Part shown: positions 1 to 12,393 of the stretch, in pieces | Layout of the letters: every line of letters begins with the position of its first letter | Numbering within the stretch: the first letter of the stretch is position 1 | Assembly: GCF_964355755.1 (NCBI RefSeq) | Contig: NC_092678.1 | Span: forward strand, 13,824,352-13,888,351 | Direction of reading: 5' to 3' | DNA: 64,000 bases | Source: Antedon mediterranea | Lineage: Eukaryota > Animalia > Echinodermata | Position numbers and translations under genes: made by a program | The notes under the pieces: generated by a model | What the model saw: the letters and a program-made list of their open reading frames with translations, nothing else | The model's database searches: none | Told to the model about the DNA's origin: nothing

Positions 1-1908
1 ATCTATTATGCCAAACACTGATTCTTTGGGAGATATTACAAAGGTGTTATCCAAAATATCCAATTCTTTCGGTAGTTCTGAAATCATCAAAAGGTCCTCA
101 TCCATAGTGGAATCTTTCTGAATGTAACAGTACAACTCGTTTCCAAGAGTCAATATTGTATCAAGGTCTTTGGTGTAAAATTCATTTCCATTCCTCTTTG
201 TAGAATAAAGAATAGCTACAAGACTATTTGCAACACACTGTTTACCACCTGCAAAGCCAAATCTATAATTCCCTTGATTGAAACTACCCTGTGCTAGAGT
301 TATGTTATTATCATTACTATTATATAGTTGTAATTCATTTATTGATTGTGTATTCTGCCTTATTGTTGTATTCTTTTGTTTTGGTCCCTCATCGATTATC
401 AATTCTTCCGAAAAATAATTTTTTGTTAAAACTTCAATATCCACATCGATAGTATGTTGGTCACATTTAGGTTTAGTATGGGACATAATTTTTTCAGTCA
501 CTGCTTTTTTGGATCCGTCATCAATTATCGATACTTCGTTTTCCTCAAATTCACAACTTGCACATGTTTGATTTTTATGATCTGCAACATTACTATCAAA
601 TCTATTAGTTCTGTCATTCATTTTGCTACTATTTTGTGCTTTCACATCGTCAGTCGCTGTGTTGTCGTTTTCTTCAGTACATTTCATTTTAAAGTCGTCA
701 TCAGTTTTCATTTCTAAATTGTTATTTTTACCCATGTTCTTTAAAATAGTATCTTCGCCAATCTGTTCCATATTATCGCAATCATTCTTGTGGTGTTTTA
801 AATTCAGGTCCATATTATCTTGTGATTCTTTGTTATCAATCTTCTTACTTTTGACAAAACGACCCTTGTTATTTCGTGAACGTTTCAAACCACCACCTGA
901 TTGTTGTTGTATTCCGTTTGTTACTTTTGTATTTTTCAAAACATCACACATAGGCTTACCATTCGTTTCGTCATTTTCCTTGTATTCTCTGCAAGTACTT
1001 TTATTCATGTTCCATTCTACTTTGTTAGTATATCGTCTTTCATAGAAATCTTTTACACCTTTACCAATATATTTTACACCTGGTTCTATAATTATACCAT
1101 TTATAACGCGCTTTCCCCTTTTCTTATTTCCTCTATTTTTACATCTTTTTTTTCTGTTGTCGGTTCTTTTCTTTGATCTCACCCTTATCCAATCATTACC
1201 AAGTAAATCTTCACTTCCTGTTTGTTGACATTTTAATTTGGCATTATTACGTTTTTCTTTATTTTTCGTTAATTCGGGAAAGTCTGCAGTGACAGAATCA
1301 TTAGGTTCTAGAATCGTATACCTATTGAAATGACAGGGCATACCTATTTCACCCAACATATTATTAGCAAAATTACTATACCCACACAATGAACAAATCC
1401 AAATTACTCTGGAATCACATAGTTTGTCTTCAAAACTATTTCTTACACATGTCACATGAAAATGTTTACTGCAGCAGTCACATGTTATGTAAATGTCCTC
1501 TGCTTTCACTTCAACACTACACAGATCACATTTATCAAACTCTGAAATAAGCGCTGTACCATAAGATAATATGTTCAGGATATCATCAACTACTTCTTTA
1601 AATTCAGTTGTATCTTTGATACATTCACAATAGGCATTACCTGTATCTTCACTTTCATTTTTTATAGTGTTTACATCTTCGACATTCTTAGTTGAACAGC
1701 ATTCATCAAGTAGGTCCAAGATGTCATCCATGACTGTTTTAAATTCTGTTGCTTTATCCATAATTCCACTATCAACATTACCAGCTGTTTTGACAATGTT
1801 GCACTCCTTACTTGTCACTTCTTTAGTCGCATACTTACATAAAAATATTACTAAGACAATCACTAACAACAATAGACCATAAACTATTGTTATGAATTTT
1901 GTATCCAT
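1..1908 (-). CDS. Long ORF running off the window start: hydrophobic N-terminus + PHD finger + peptidase C76-like (herpes tegument N-terminal) deubiquitinase domain; probably the N-terminal part of a Helentron/Helitron2 protein
   Basis: ATG at 1908-1906; frame read by hand with no stop down to position 1 (636 codons). Starts MDTKFITIVYGLLLLVIVLVIFLC. PHD pattern CDLC..CDCCSKHFHVTC..WICSLC at ~1384-1530. TLAQGSFNQGNYRFGFAGGKQCVANSLVAILY..DLDTILTLGNELY..LLMISELP at ~60-300 fits the C76 catalytic-Cys motif. Helentron-type terminus at 5237-5280. No Rep or helicase motifs inside the window. Confidence 0.85.
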   Translation of the reverse strand, partial: MDTKFITIVYGLLLLVIVLVIFLCKYATKEVTSKECNIVKTAGNVDSGIMDKATEFKTVMDDILDLLDECCSTKNVEDVNTIKNESEDTGNAYCECIKDTTEFKEVVDDILNILSYGTALISEFDKCDLCSVEVKAEDIYITCDCCSKHFHVTCVRNSFEDKLCDSRVIWICSLCGYSNFANNMLGEIGMPCHFNRYTILEPNDSVTADFPELTKNKEKRNNAKLKCQQTGSEDLLGNDWIRVRSKKRTDNRKKRCKNRGNKKRGKRVINGIIIEPGVKYIGKGVKDFYERRYTNKVEWNMNKSTCREYKENDETNGKPMCDVLKNTKVTNGIQQQSGGGLKRSRNNKGRFVKSKKIDNKESQDNMDLNLKHHKNDCDNMEQIGEDTILKNMGKNNNLEMKTDDDFKMKCTEENDNTATDDVKAQNSSKMNDRTNRFDSNVADHKNQTCASCEFEENEVSIIDDGSKKAVTEKIMSHTKPKCDQHTIDVDIEVLTKNYFSEELIIDEGPKQKNTTIRQNTQSINELQLYNSNDNNITLAQGSFNQGNYRFGFAGGKQCVANSLVAILYSTKRNGNEFYTKDLDTILTLGNELYCYIQKDSTMDEDLLMISELPKELDILDNTFVISPKESVFGIID

Positions 1909-2554
1909 TATGCAAAAATTCCTTCAAAATACTGAACTCAAATTTCAAATTCAAAAACAATTTATATGTCTTCTACAATTTGAATAAATGTTACAATTAA
2001 GTTCCACTTGATATTTGATTTCACTCTTTTAATCGATTCAAACTTTAAAACAATATTGGCTACAGCAAAATATTTGGTAATTAAAATTCTATAAAAAAAT
2101 ATTCAAGTTAATATTATCTTTGGATTCTATGATTTAAATTTCACGTCAATTTTTGTTTCTCTTTATTGATATATCTTTTGCTGGCTTCTTAATAGTTAGC
2201 TTCTACAAACTAATTATCAATCAAAGATATATAGGTAGAATTCTATTCTTTTGCAAATTATTCCTTTTGTTTTACAGCAATACCTATTACTTAATGCTTG
2301 TTAGTACAGTATTTTGTACTTGTTTCTACAAATAATTCTCTTTCAAGCTTTTGCTTGATATTTTTTTTCAAGACTTCTGTCTATTTAAGCTTCTGCTTAA
2401 TATTTTTGTGTAAGTTCTATTTGAAATTCTGTTTGATAATTCTGTTTGTTATGCTAAACCCTCGTTGGCACTCTCTTCTGAGAGCAGAATCTCTTCTGAG
2501 ATTCGGATCTCTTCTGAGATCCAGTGGGTTAATAATATTATAACAGTCAGGTAC

Positions 2555-4915
2555 CTGCAATGAAATAAAGAAAAAGAAAAGTTCAGACATGAAATATTTG
2601 GACTACCAAAACAAATAAGGCCAACTCACCACCAAATATGTGAAGATGAGTATTATATCAATAGGGCTATATCTACATCTGATATTAAAATCTGAAAATG
2701 TTCAGAGTATATTGGTCTAATTTAATTGTGCAATAGTATTATTATTTTTCAGAACACAGACAATATGGTCAGCATTCAGTATTGTATGTTATAAAGGGCA
2801 GAGACAAGAACAAAAAGACAATTCACTCCCCTTTCATAGATAATCTACCAACTCCAATGAACTTATATAGATTGGCTATCGGGCGGACATGAAAGTGATA
2901 AAAACAAGAAGTAAACCATAAATATGGCCACCGTAAATATGTTTAATATATATCAAATAATAATATAACATAACAAATTCTGTTCATGCCGTATTACGTA
3001 TATACAATCAATGCTAGCAGTGGTAGTGCATGACTGCGTATAAAGCATGGCAGGTGTGTTCAATAGTCAATTACAGCCGCCATACTGTTGGGTCCCCTCT
3101 CCTCTCAATGAAGAATCACTTATTAACTGCAATAATTTTGGAGTCTACCCTCTAGCCAATCTACAGTAAACTCATTTACCAAAGACTCACATAAACAATG
3201 TATGAGAAAGGTGCAACCTATTATGTAGTCACTGTCTTCACAGCTACTGTACAATCTACAAAATACAAACATACAAGAAAAATATATTTTTAATACAAAT
3301 TTAACAGAAATATTCATCATATTATTGATAATTTTCAGTATTTACATACAACTATCTAATTACAATGATTTAATGGACAAATAATTTTACCAACCAAGTG
3401 ACAAAGAATTTCACCAACCAAGTATACGTTGAATAACAATTATTTTAAGACACGCGGTCCCAATTCAACTACCATACTATTCTCAATCAATGTCTATTTC
3501 CTCACAATCTCATAGCATAGCTAAGAACAGAATGATTAGGGCCTATATTTTTATTCCATTTGAACCAAACAATTATTTAAAACAGTTCCTTTATCTAAAT
3601 TATGTCAATCTTCTGTAATATAACTGGCTAAAAAAATATGATACTCCCTATCAGTGAGATCCCGGTACCATCAATATCAAATAAATAAATAATTTATTTT
3701 CTTTACTTACAAAATTTAAGAGGTTATTAGCTTAAAAAAACTATAACAGCAGAAACAATCTGGCAGATGTTCAGCACAGCTAATACTACAACAGGTAGAA
3801 CCTAAAAACAAAACATATAAAGAGAAACTTCATGTAAAAATAGTACAGTAATCCAATTGATATCAAGAAGCGAAAATACTATTTATATATACTACTCAAA
3901 TGCCCCTTTTCTTAATATTTTTTTGTAAGCTAGTCTAATATTTATACTGTATATATAATTAAAACAAATTTAGTTCATTATTTAATAAATTTCTAATAAT
4001 ATAAGCTAGGCCTAGGCTAGGAAAACCAGCATATAAAACTCCATAAACCTACAGTACAGCCGAACTACCATAAACAGTGTTTTATTTTTTAACAATCACG
4101 TTCCTATGCCTAGGCCCTAGATAGGAAAGTGTATAAGTCCTAATAATATAATACAGTCTAATAGCCTACTTACTAAGTCTACGTTGATAATTATTTTAAG
4201 AAAAATTTTCCCAGACTACTCAGTAAGTAAGACTAAAAGTGAACAAACTATTCATATAGAAGGAGGACAATCCCCAATTTAGAAGTTACGATTTTGACAT
4301 CTATTAGGCCTACTAACTAGGCTAGGTAGTAGGGATAACGATGCAAAATTAAAAGTTGTTATTTTTCAACCAATTCAAACAATATCTGTTAGTATTTTGT
4401 GTCAATATTCTAATAAAAAAAGAATTACGAAAATCTGACTTGTAGTTTTCGAAATATAGGGTCTAAAACATCGCCGAAAAACATCGAACGTTGTAAACAA
4501 ATTGCGCCCTCGGTCGACAATTGTATGAACACTAGGCCTAGCCGCCTACGCCATTTTCCCCTAAAATATAAATTACATATAGGCCTACTAGGCCTTAGGG
4601 CCTAGGCCTAGCTAGGCTAATTACGTTTTATAGTAATTTATTTTATATATCAACATTGGAAATATCAATAAAATATGTATAAAGTTGTTTATTTAACGGA
4701 ATTCGTTACAAATTCATTGCTCTAAATTTGTGTAATAACGATCAGTAGAGAGACCATGTGACTACACGGTATACACGCCATCCACAGAAAACATTCCGCT
4801 GTGGCCACCAATCACAAAAACTACAAACAAGCCTTCCGCCTGTGTAACCCACATTCACATAGGCCTAGCCTACGTAAACAAAACTACAAATCAAACAATC
4901 CACATAATTTCTTAC
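2555..4915 (-). other. Probable 5'-UTR intron of the PHD/C76 gene
   Basis: Minus-strand donor AG|GTAAGA at ~4915 and polypyrimidine acceptor TTTTCTTTTTCTTTATTTCATTGCAG at ~2555; CpG-richer sequence at 4.7-5.2 kb could be the promoter or first exon. No transcript evidence. Confidence 0.4.
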
Positions 4916-5236
4916 CTATTTCTTATAGTATTGAAATCTTAACAAACTTGAGTTTTGTTATTATTATTATTCGCCGACGTTGCGATTCGATATAGAATAC
5001 AATTTGTAATATTTTCAGAGCGACTCTGTAAAATCAACATGGAGTCTAGTTATCCACGTCGTCAACACTTTTTCTCCTTTCCTCCCTATATAATACATCT
5101 TCCGCTCGCTCAAATTTCACATACACAGTATGGCATGCAATATTCGCCAAAAAGACTAATATGAAACGAAAAACGAAAATAGTTTCCACGTAGTAGGCAG
5201 GTATCTCTACGTGTATATTGCACGTTGCGTTTGCGC

Positions 5237-8200
5237 GGCGGATAACCCGAACTCGTCAAAGTGACGAGTTCAAATCTAGTTTTTTCTGTATTCTTCTTAT
5301 TTCTTTCCCATTTTTTTGTGAGTCACGTTTCTCTAAAATGTGTAAACATAACATTTTATAACTTTGACAACATGTGGGCATTTATGTGAAGTTGTGCATC
5401 TCCTATTTTGAATGACGTCAGAGTTGCGCAACGTGACTTGCGCGCGATTTTATGATTTTTAATGATTGATCATAGCTTAAAAACCAAGAGTAATTTCTTT
5501 TTTACCCTTTATGAAAATTTAAGTCATATCAAGGGCAAATTGTTAGTGCACTAAAAATGGCATGTTTTACAAAAACTTACGCGTGCACGCGCATTTAAAA
5601 TTTCAAAATGCGCAAAATTTATTTCTAATCAACTTTCTACGCGTTTCATGTCATTTTAAGCATGTAAAAAATTCCCACGCGTGCGCACATTTTTGCGTGT
5701 GCGGTGCGCACGTAGTATTAAAAACATATTTTTTTCGAGTGATTTATGTTTTTCCAGCCTTTTATAGTAATTTTACCAACTTTTAAACACTTTCGACTTA
5801 AAGTTACGTCATACGAGCACGTCGAATTGGACAATTTGCGCACGTTTTTGATGAAAAAGTACAAAATTTTGTCAAAATTATGCCTTTTTTTAAACAGTCG
5901 TAATTTCTAAACTACACGGTCAACTTTTTGTGGATGACATATTCCGGAAGTTGATGAGTTGTAGATATCGGATCATGTATTAATATGGCTAACCGGACAT
6001 TTTAACGTCATCGTATGGCCACGCGAATATAAAATTGAGGATTTTTGTATCTTTCGTCATAGCTCATCACATTTAATAGAGCGCATCTCCACTTATCCAT
6101 TTTCCATTTTCACCCCGATTTTGATATTGTCTAGGTCAATCAACTATCTTTCGCATGAGTTAAAAATATTTTAATTATTATGACGTCATCATGCCTAAAA
6201 ATTTAAATTACATGTGGCATTAATTTCATCTTTACAGAAAATTTTAATCTGTTATAGCTCGTAAGAATAAAATTTGATAATCACGATTAAAACGTTTTCT
6301 GGAAGATATTGGATTGTAGATACAAAATCATGTAAACATAGGCAAATCGGATGTTGTGACGTCATCATATGGCCAGTTAAATAAAAAAAGTCGTATTTTC
6401 ATATTTTGCGTAATAGTTCATCACATTTAAAAGGGTGCGCATCTATATTTTACGTATTCAAATTTCTTCTACACGTTAATATGTTGTTCCTAAGATAATT
6501 TCCTTCTGAAATTGCTATCTAAGTGTTTCATTTTGATACCTTTGCCATGTTAAAAATTGGAATAAATGGCGGGTCCCGTAATTTCACCTTTTCTACACTG
6601 TATGTAATATGTATGCAGATTATACTGTAGTGTTTGCATGTATACTATATGACACAAAATTGAATTCAGCACTAACAGCATATCATATTCTTCAGTTCTT
6701 GTCATAATGCCATAATCTTTATCTGTGTGCAATATTCCAACGTATGACGTGCATGTGGCGTTTGTCGTGGTGCGGATAACTAACTCGTCAAAGTGACGAG
6801 TTTCATGTCTAGTCTTCTTTCTTTCCCAAAATTTTGTGTCACGTGTATCTCAAATTCTGATCAACATTACATCGTATAACTTTGTCAGAAGATTTACCTC
6901 TATCTGTAGAAGTGCAGGACAGCTCGTTTTTTTACTTTAGAGTCGCGCAGCGTAAGCTACGCGCGATTTTATGAATTTCGCGTATTTAACATACACTAAA
7001 AAGCAAAAGTCATTTTGTAATGACACTTGGTGAACATTTAAGTCATATCAAGGGCAAACTTTCTATGGATTAAAAATGGCATGTTTGAGATAAAGTTACG
7101 CGCGCACGCGCGTTTAAAATTTCAAATTTCGAAAAATCCATTTCTATACAACTTTCTACGCGTTTCAGGTCATTTTGAGCATTTCAAAAATTCCCACGCG
7201 TGCGCATATTTTTTACGCGCGCGTGCGCACGTAGCGCATAAACATCCTTTTTTTTCTTGATTTTTGTTTTTTCAGCCTTTTCTAGTAAATTTACCAATTT
7301 TCAATCAATTTCGACTTAAAATCACGTCATACGAGCACGTAGAATTGAACAATTTGCGCGCGTTTTTGAAGAAAAAGTTCAAAAATTCGTCAAAATTATG
7401 CCTTTTTTAAAACAGTCATAGATTGTAAACTACGAGGAGAACTTTTTTTAAATTACACATTCTGGAAGTTAATGAGTTGTAGATATCGAATCATGCATCG
7501 ATATGGCTAACCGGACATTGTGACATCATCGTTTGGCCACTCGAATATGAAATATAGGATTTTTGTCTCTTTCGTCATAGCTCGTCACATTTAATAGAGC
7601 GCATCTCCACTTATCCGTATTCCATTTCCCTCAATTTTTTTATTTTGTCTAGGTCAATCAATTATCTTTCGCATGATTTACCATTTTTAAAATTGTTATG
7701 ACGTCATCATGTTCAAAAGCGTCAATAACTTTGGTCACTTCTTTTCACCTATTCTGCACTTTATGTAGTACGTATACAGTAGTGTATACCGTATATACTC
7801 AGACGTGACACAAAATAGAGGGCGCACTAACATTTTTTTCAATGGCATAATCGTTTTTCTGCGCGCAATATTGTAACGTATGACGTGCACGTGGCTTTTG
7901 AGCTGCGGATAACCTAACTCGTCCGTAGTGACGAGTTCAAATCTAGTTATTAGTTATCCGCTTAGTAGCGGATAACTCCTTGTGATTGTATTGGATCAAT
8001 ATTTTTCTTTTTGGTTATCCGCAACTTAGTTGCAGGATAACCCATGTGATTGTAAATATCTTTTTTTTCATCTTCTTTGTTATTCTTCTTTCTTTCCCGG
8101 ATTTTTGTCTACAGCATGTCCCCTATTGCTTGTGAACATAACTTTGTATAACTTGGTAAAAAGATTGACATTGAAGTGTAGATGTGCAGCCAAGCTTTTG

Positions 8201-11200
8201 GACGATGTCAGATCCGCGTTGCGTAAGTTACGCGCGATTTTATGAATTTCTATAACTGATCATAACTTTAGAACCAACAAATATTGTTTCATGAAACTTA
8301 ATAAAATTATAATTCATATCATGGGTCAATTTTCTATGGATTAAAAATGGCATGTTTTACAAGAAGTTACGCGCGCACGCGCATTTAAAATTTCAAAATG
8401 CGCAAAATTAATTTCTAATCAACTTTCTACGCTGATCATGACATTTTAAGCATGTCAAAAATTCCCGCGCGCGCGAAAATATTTACGCGTATGGTGCGCA
8501 CGGAGCATGAAAATCACGGTTTTTTCTCTTGAATTATGATTTTCCAGCCTTTCCTAGTCATTTAAAAAAAGATTGACATCATTTCAAATTAAAATGACGT
8601 CATACGAACACGTTGATTTATACCATTTGCGCGCGTTTTAGTTGAAAAAGTTACACAATATTGTCAAAATTATGCCTATTTTGAATCTATTATAGCTCTT
8701 CAGCATCAAAGGTGACCCCCAATTTTTTTAACATATTATGCAAGAAGATAAATTGTAGATATAAATTCATTATGTAAAAATGTTGCCAATCGGATGTTGT
8801 GACGTCATCATATGGCCAGTTAAATAAAAAAGGTTGTATTTTCATCTTTTGCGTCATAATTCATTACATTTAAACGAGCGCGCATCAATATTTCACGTAT
8901 TCAAATTTCTTCTACACGCTAATACGTTGTTGCTGAGATAATTTCCTTTCGGAATTGCTACCTTCGCGTTTCATTTTAAAACCGTCAACATGTTAAAAAT
9001 TGCAATAAATAGCGGGTCCCGTAATTTCACCTATTCTATGATTGTATGTCACTGTATGTGATATGGATACAGATTATACTGTGTATATGAATTTAAATAA
9101 TAAAATTCAGCAATAACAACATATCATATTCTTCAGTTCAGGTCATAATGCCAACGTGAACACTTCCTTTTGTCCTCAACCTACTGTATCCCCTTAATGT
9201 TAATGTTGCACCACTTGCGCGGCGGATAACCAAACTCGTCAAAGTGACGAGTTACATGTCTAGTCTTTTTATTGTTTCTGTACACTATTTTGTGTAACAG
9301 TTATCTCAAAAAGTTTAATGTCAATGATTACCAAAATTTTAGAATATCTTTCAAAAAATATAACTTAATCCTAATCAGCTTTCCAGCGTGATCACTCATC
9401 CGTGACGTCATTTATACGCCATTTTGTGAAATCACATTATCAATCATATCTCCATAATTCATTATGACATATTAATGAAATTTACTACAGGTAAACTTCA
9501 GGTCAAGGGTAAAAATATTAGCAAATAAAAAGTTGCGCGTTTCAAGGTCATGCACGTGAAATCGCGCGTTAAAAATCTAAAACACGCAAAATTAGGTTTT
9601 GAAAAAATTAGAGCATGAATTAGGCCATTTGCGCGTTTCAAAAAATTACTGCGCAAAAATGCGTTTTTGTGCGCACGATTCTTAAAATGCGTAAAAAATA
9701 AAATTTGATGTATAAATCACATTCTACTCACAATCCTTAGTACATTCACCAATTTTGAGTCCATTCCGACTTATAATAACGCTATACGAGCACGTTAAAA
9801 ATGACAAAATGCGCACACTAATTTTACAAAAGTGCTAAAAATGGTAAAAAATAAGGACTTTTTAAAATGAATATAACTCTTCAGAATGGCAGATGACCCC
9901 CAATTTTTTTAACTTATTATGGAAGCCAATAAGTTGTAGATACAAATGTATATACACATTAGACGTACAAAATGGTATGACGTCATCAAATGGCCACTTG
10001 AATTTAAAAATTAGAAATTTTTTTCTTTTTGTGTGGGTTATCACATTCAATAGAGCGCATCTCCGTTATTTGAGCCCGATTTTCGCACAACTTTTAGTAT
10101 GTGCTTGCTCAATTAATTATTCTTCTAATCGTCTAATGATGTCATCACGCGTAAAAACTTGAATAACCTAGGTCGTGTAATTTCAGCTACACCATACATT
10201 TGAATATCTTATAGCTCTTCAGAATTAAAGGTGACCTTGAAGAGGGGTGTCACGAAACCTCAGACCACGAAAGCTCAGACCCCCCTAAGACCTAAGATCA
10301 CGAAAGCTAAGACCCAACACCTAAGATTACAAATACTAAGATATACTACAGCTTAAAAACAATACTTGTTTATCCATACATAATTTTAAACACAGTAAGT
10401 TTCATTTATTACCATAAATATAATTTAATACTACCGCAAAACATAGATAAACTCACATTATTTTCGCCCGTTGAGTAAATGTATATTTTTTCTTTACAAC
10501 AAACAAACTTGACGGGTTGTTTGTTGGTATATATTTACTCCATTGTGTTGGTTCAGAGGATGTTTTTCTTACGCACCTGCCTTTCTTGTATTTTGACTCC
10601 AAATTTGTTGACTAACTTTATCCTGAACACCACACTTTAAAATTAGGACTTATAAGTACTTTCAGAAGGAGAAACACATAATAACAAATAAATAAATCCT
10701 TTAAATTGATGATTTTACAGATGTGTTTCTTTGTACTGTATACTGTAATGACAATGTAACTCCTCGAGCTCCCCATGCTCAATGTTTTTGTTTCTATGGA
10801 GCGCCAAAAGAGCAACAATAATAGTACAAGTATAAAAACAGAAAGAAAACGAAACAAAAAAACTTATCATGATTTTTAAATTAAAATTTATTTGCCAGTA
10901 TTTATTTCTTCGTACTTGCATGATTATACTATTATCATTACAATTTTAATTTTACATTGTTCCATCCACACTGTAGATGGACTCCACAGAGTTTTCAGCC
11001 CTCTATATAATTTTTGCTTTTTTGACGTTCCATAGAAACAAAAACATTGAACATGGCCCATGGGGTAGGCCTACTGTACTGTAGGCTAGTCATTTTGTGT
11101 GCGAGAAAAACGTCTGTAAAATCATCAATTTAAAATGTATTTGTTACTTTTTATGTGATTCTTTTTCATGAAAGTGCCAATTCTAAGGTATGGTATTCAG

Positions 11201-12393
11201 AATAAATGTTGGGAGTTAAAATACAAGGCAGGTGCGAAAGATAAATATTTGTAATCTTAGGTGTTGGGTCTTAGCTTTCGTGATCTTAGGTCTTAGGGGT
11301 CTGAGCTTTCATGGTCTGAGCTTTCGTGACACCCCCTTGAAGAGTATAACTTATTATGAAAGCTGATGAAATGTAGATATGAATTCATATTTATACATAT
11401 TAAAATTAAGCCTATCGGATGTTGTGATGTTATCATATGGCCAGTTGAATTTAAAAAGTAGTTTTTAAATTTCTTTAGTCAAAGTTATACAAATTTCAAA
11501 GACCGCGCATTGCGCTTCTACGTGTCAAATTTTCTTCCAATCCTTATATTTATTTGCTCAATTCATTATCTTTCGAAATTGTCATCTTCGAGTTTATTTT
11601 GAAAATTCCATCATACCAAAAAATTAGAACACGATATGAGTCCCGTAATTTCACCTATGCTACACTGTATATAGATATACAGTATATACTGTACATATTG
11701 TATGACACATAGGTAGAACTCAGCACTATAAGTGTATATGCAATCATGTCATAGGATGGCGTACATCAACTTTTAACGATCGTATGTTAACGTACATGCA
11801 TGTTTAAAAAATGTTAATTTTATTAAAATGATAAAAATGATCACCAATAATTCGTCAAAGTGACGAATTAAATTCTAGTTTGTATTGTAATTATTACATA
11901 TAATATTCCCTATGTCATTGCATACATATAGGGTATATACTGTATAATCCTCATAATATTAATTTACAGTTTTTGTAATGAATACTGTAAATTTATTAAA
12001 ACTAAAATTAATAATAATTAAATAATATTAATAATATATAATAGGAGGCCTAGGCCTAGCTAGGCGTAGAGCCTGGGCCTAATTTTAATCGCCGTGGTTA
12101 GGATTCCGGCACCGGAACTCAACTGCCCACCGTTAGGGAATCCGACACGCTATTTATTGCGCATGCCCAGAGCGCCGGTAGACTTTGGTATCAGAGGTAC
12201 CGGGATCGAATCCCATCACGGGAAAGCAATTAAATAAAAGGATTTATTAGGCTATTACACTGAAAGGGCAGTTTTAATTTCGAATAGGCTACTTTTTGGA
12301 AAAAGCATAGCTGAAAAGTACTTGAATGCGCAAGATACGTTTTGTTTCGGGCGGATAACCAACTCGTCCTAAAGTGACGAGTTTAAGTTCTAG
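5237..12393 (+). mobile_element. Nested/tandem cluster of Helentron (Helitron2/HINE-type) elements
   Basis: Recurrent right end GCGGATAAC..AACTCGTC-AAAGT-GACGAGTT..CTAGT at ~5237-5280, 6772-6813, 7905-7948, 9222-9264, 11848-11880 (degenerate) and 12351-12393. Left-end palindromes GTTATCCGC..G(C)GGATAAC at ~7953-7977 and ~8013-8042 are inverted relative to the right-end subterminal motif. Bodies are homologous but diverged (e.g. TAAAAATGGCATGTTT..GTTACGCG). Confidence 0.8.
10245..11334. mobile_element. Fold-back MITE (Mutator-like) inside a Helentron body
   Basis: TIR GGGTGTCACGAAA.CTCAGACC / GGTCTGAGCTTTCGTGACACCC; TSD CCTTGAAGAG at 10235-10244 and 11335-11344; further internal inverted homology 10570-10800 versus 11025-11240. 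Confidence 0.85.

Noticed and set aside
1-300. Endogenous herpesvirus
   Set aside because: Only a C76-like motif; no other viral genes, and a Helentron end lies nearby.
454-1882. Plus-strand ORFs at 454, 623, 901 and 1667
   Set aside because: Antisense shadows of the long minus-strand ORF.
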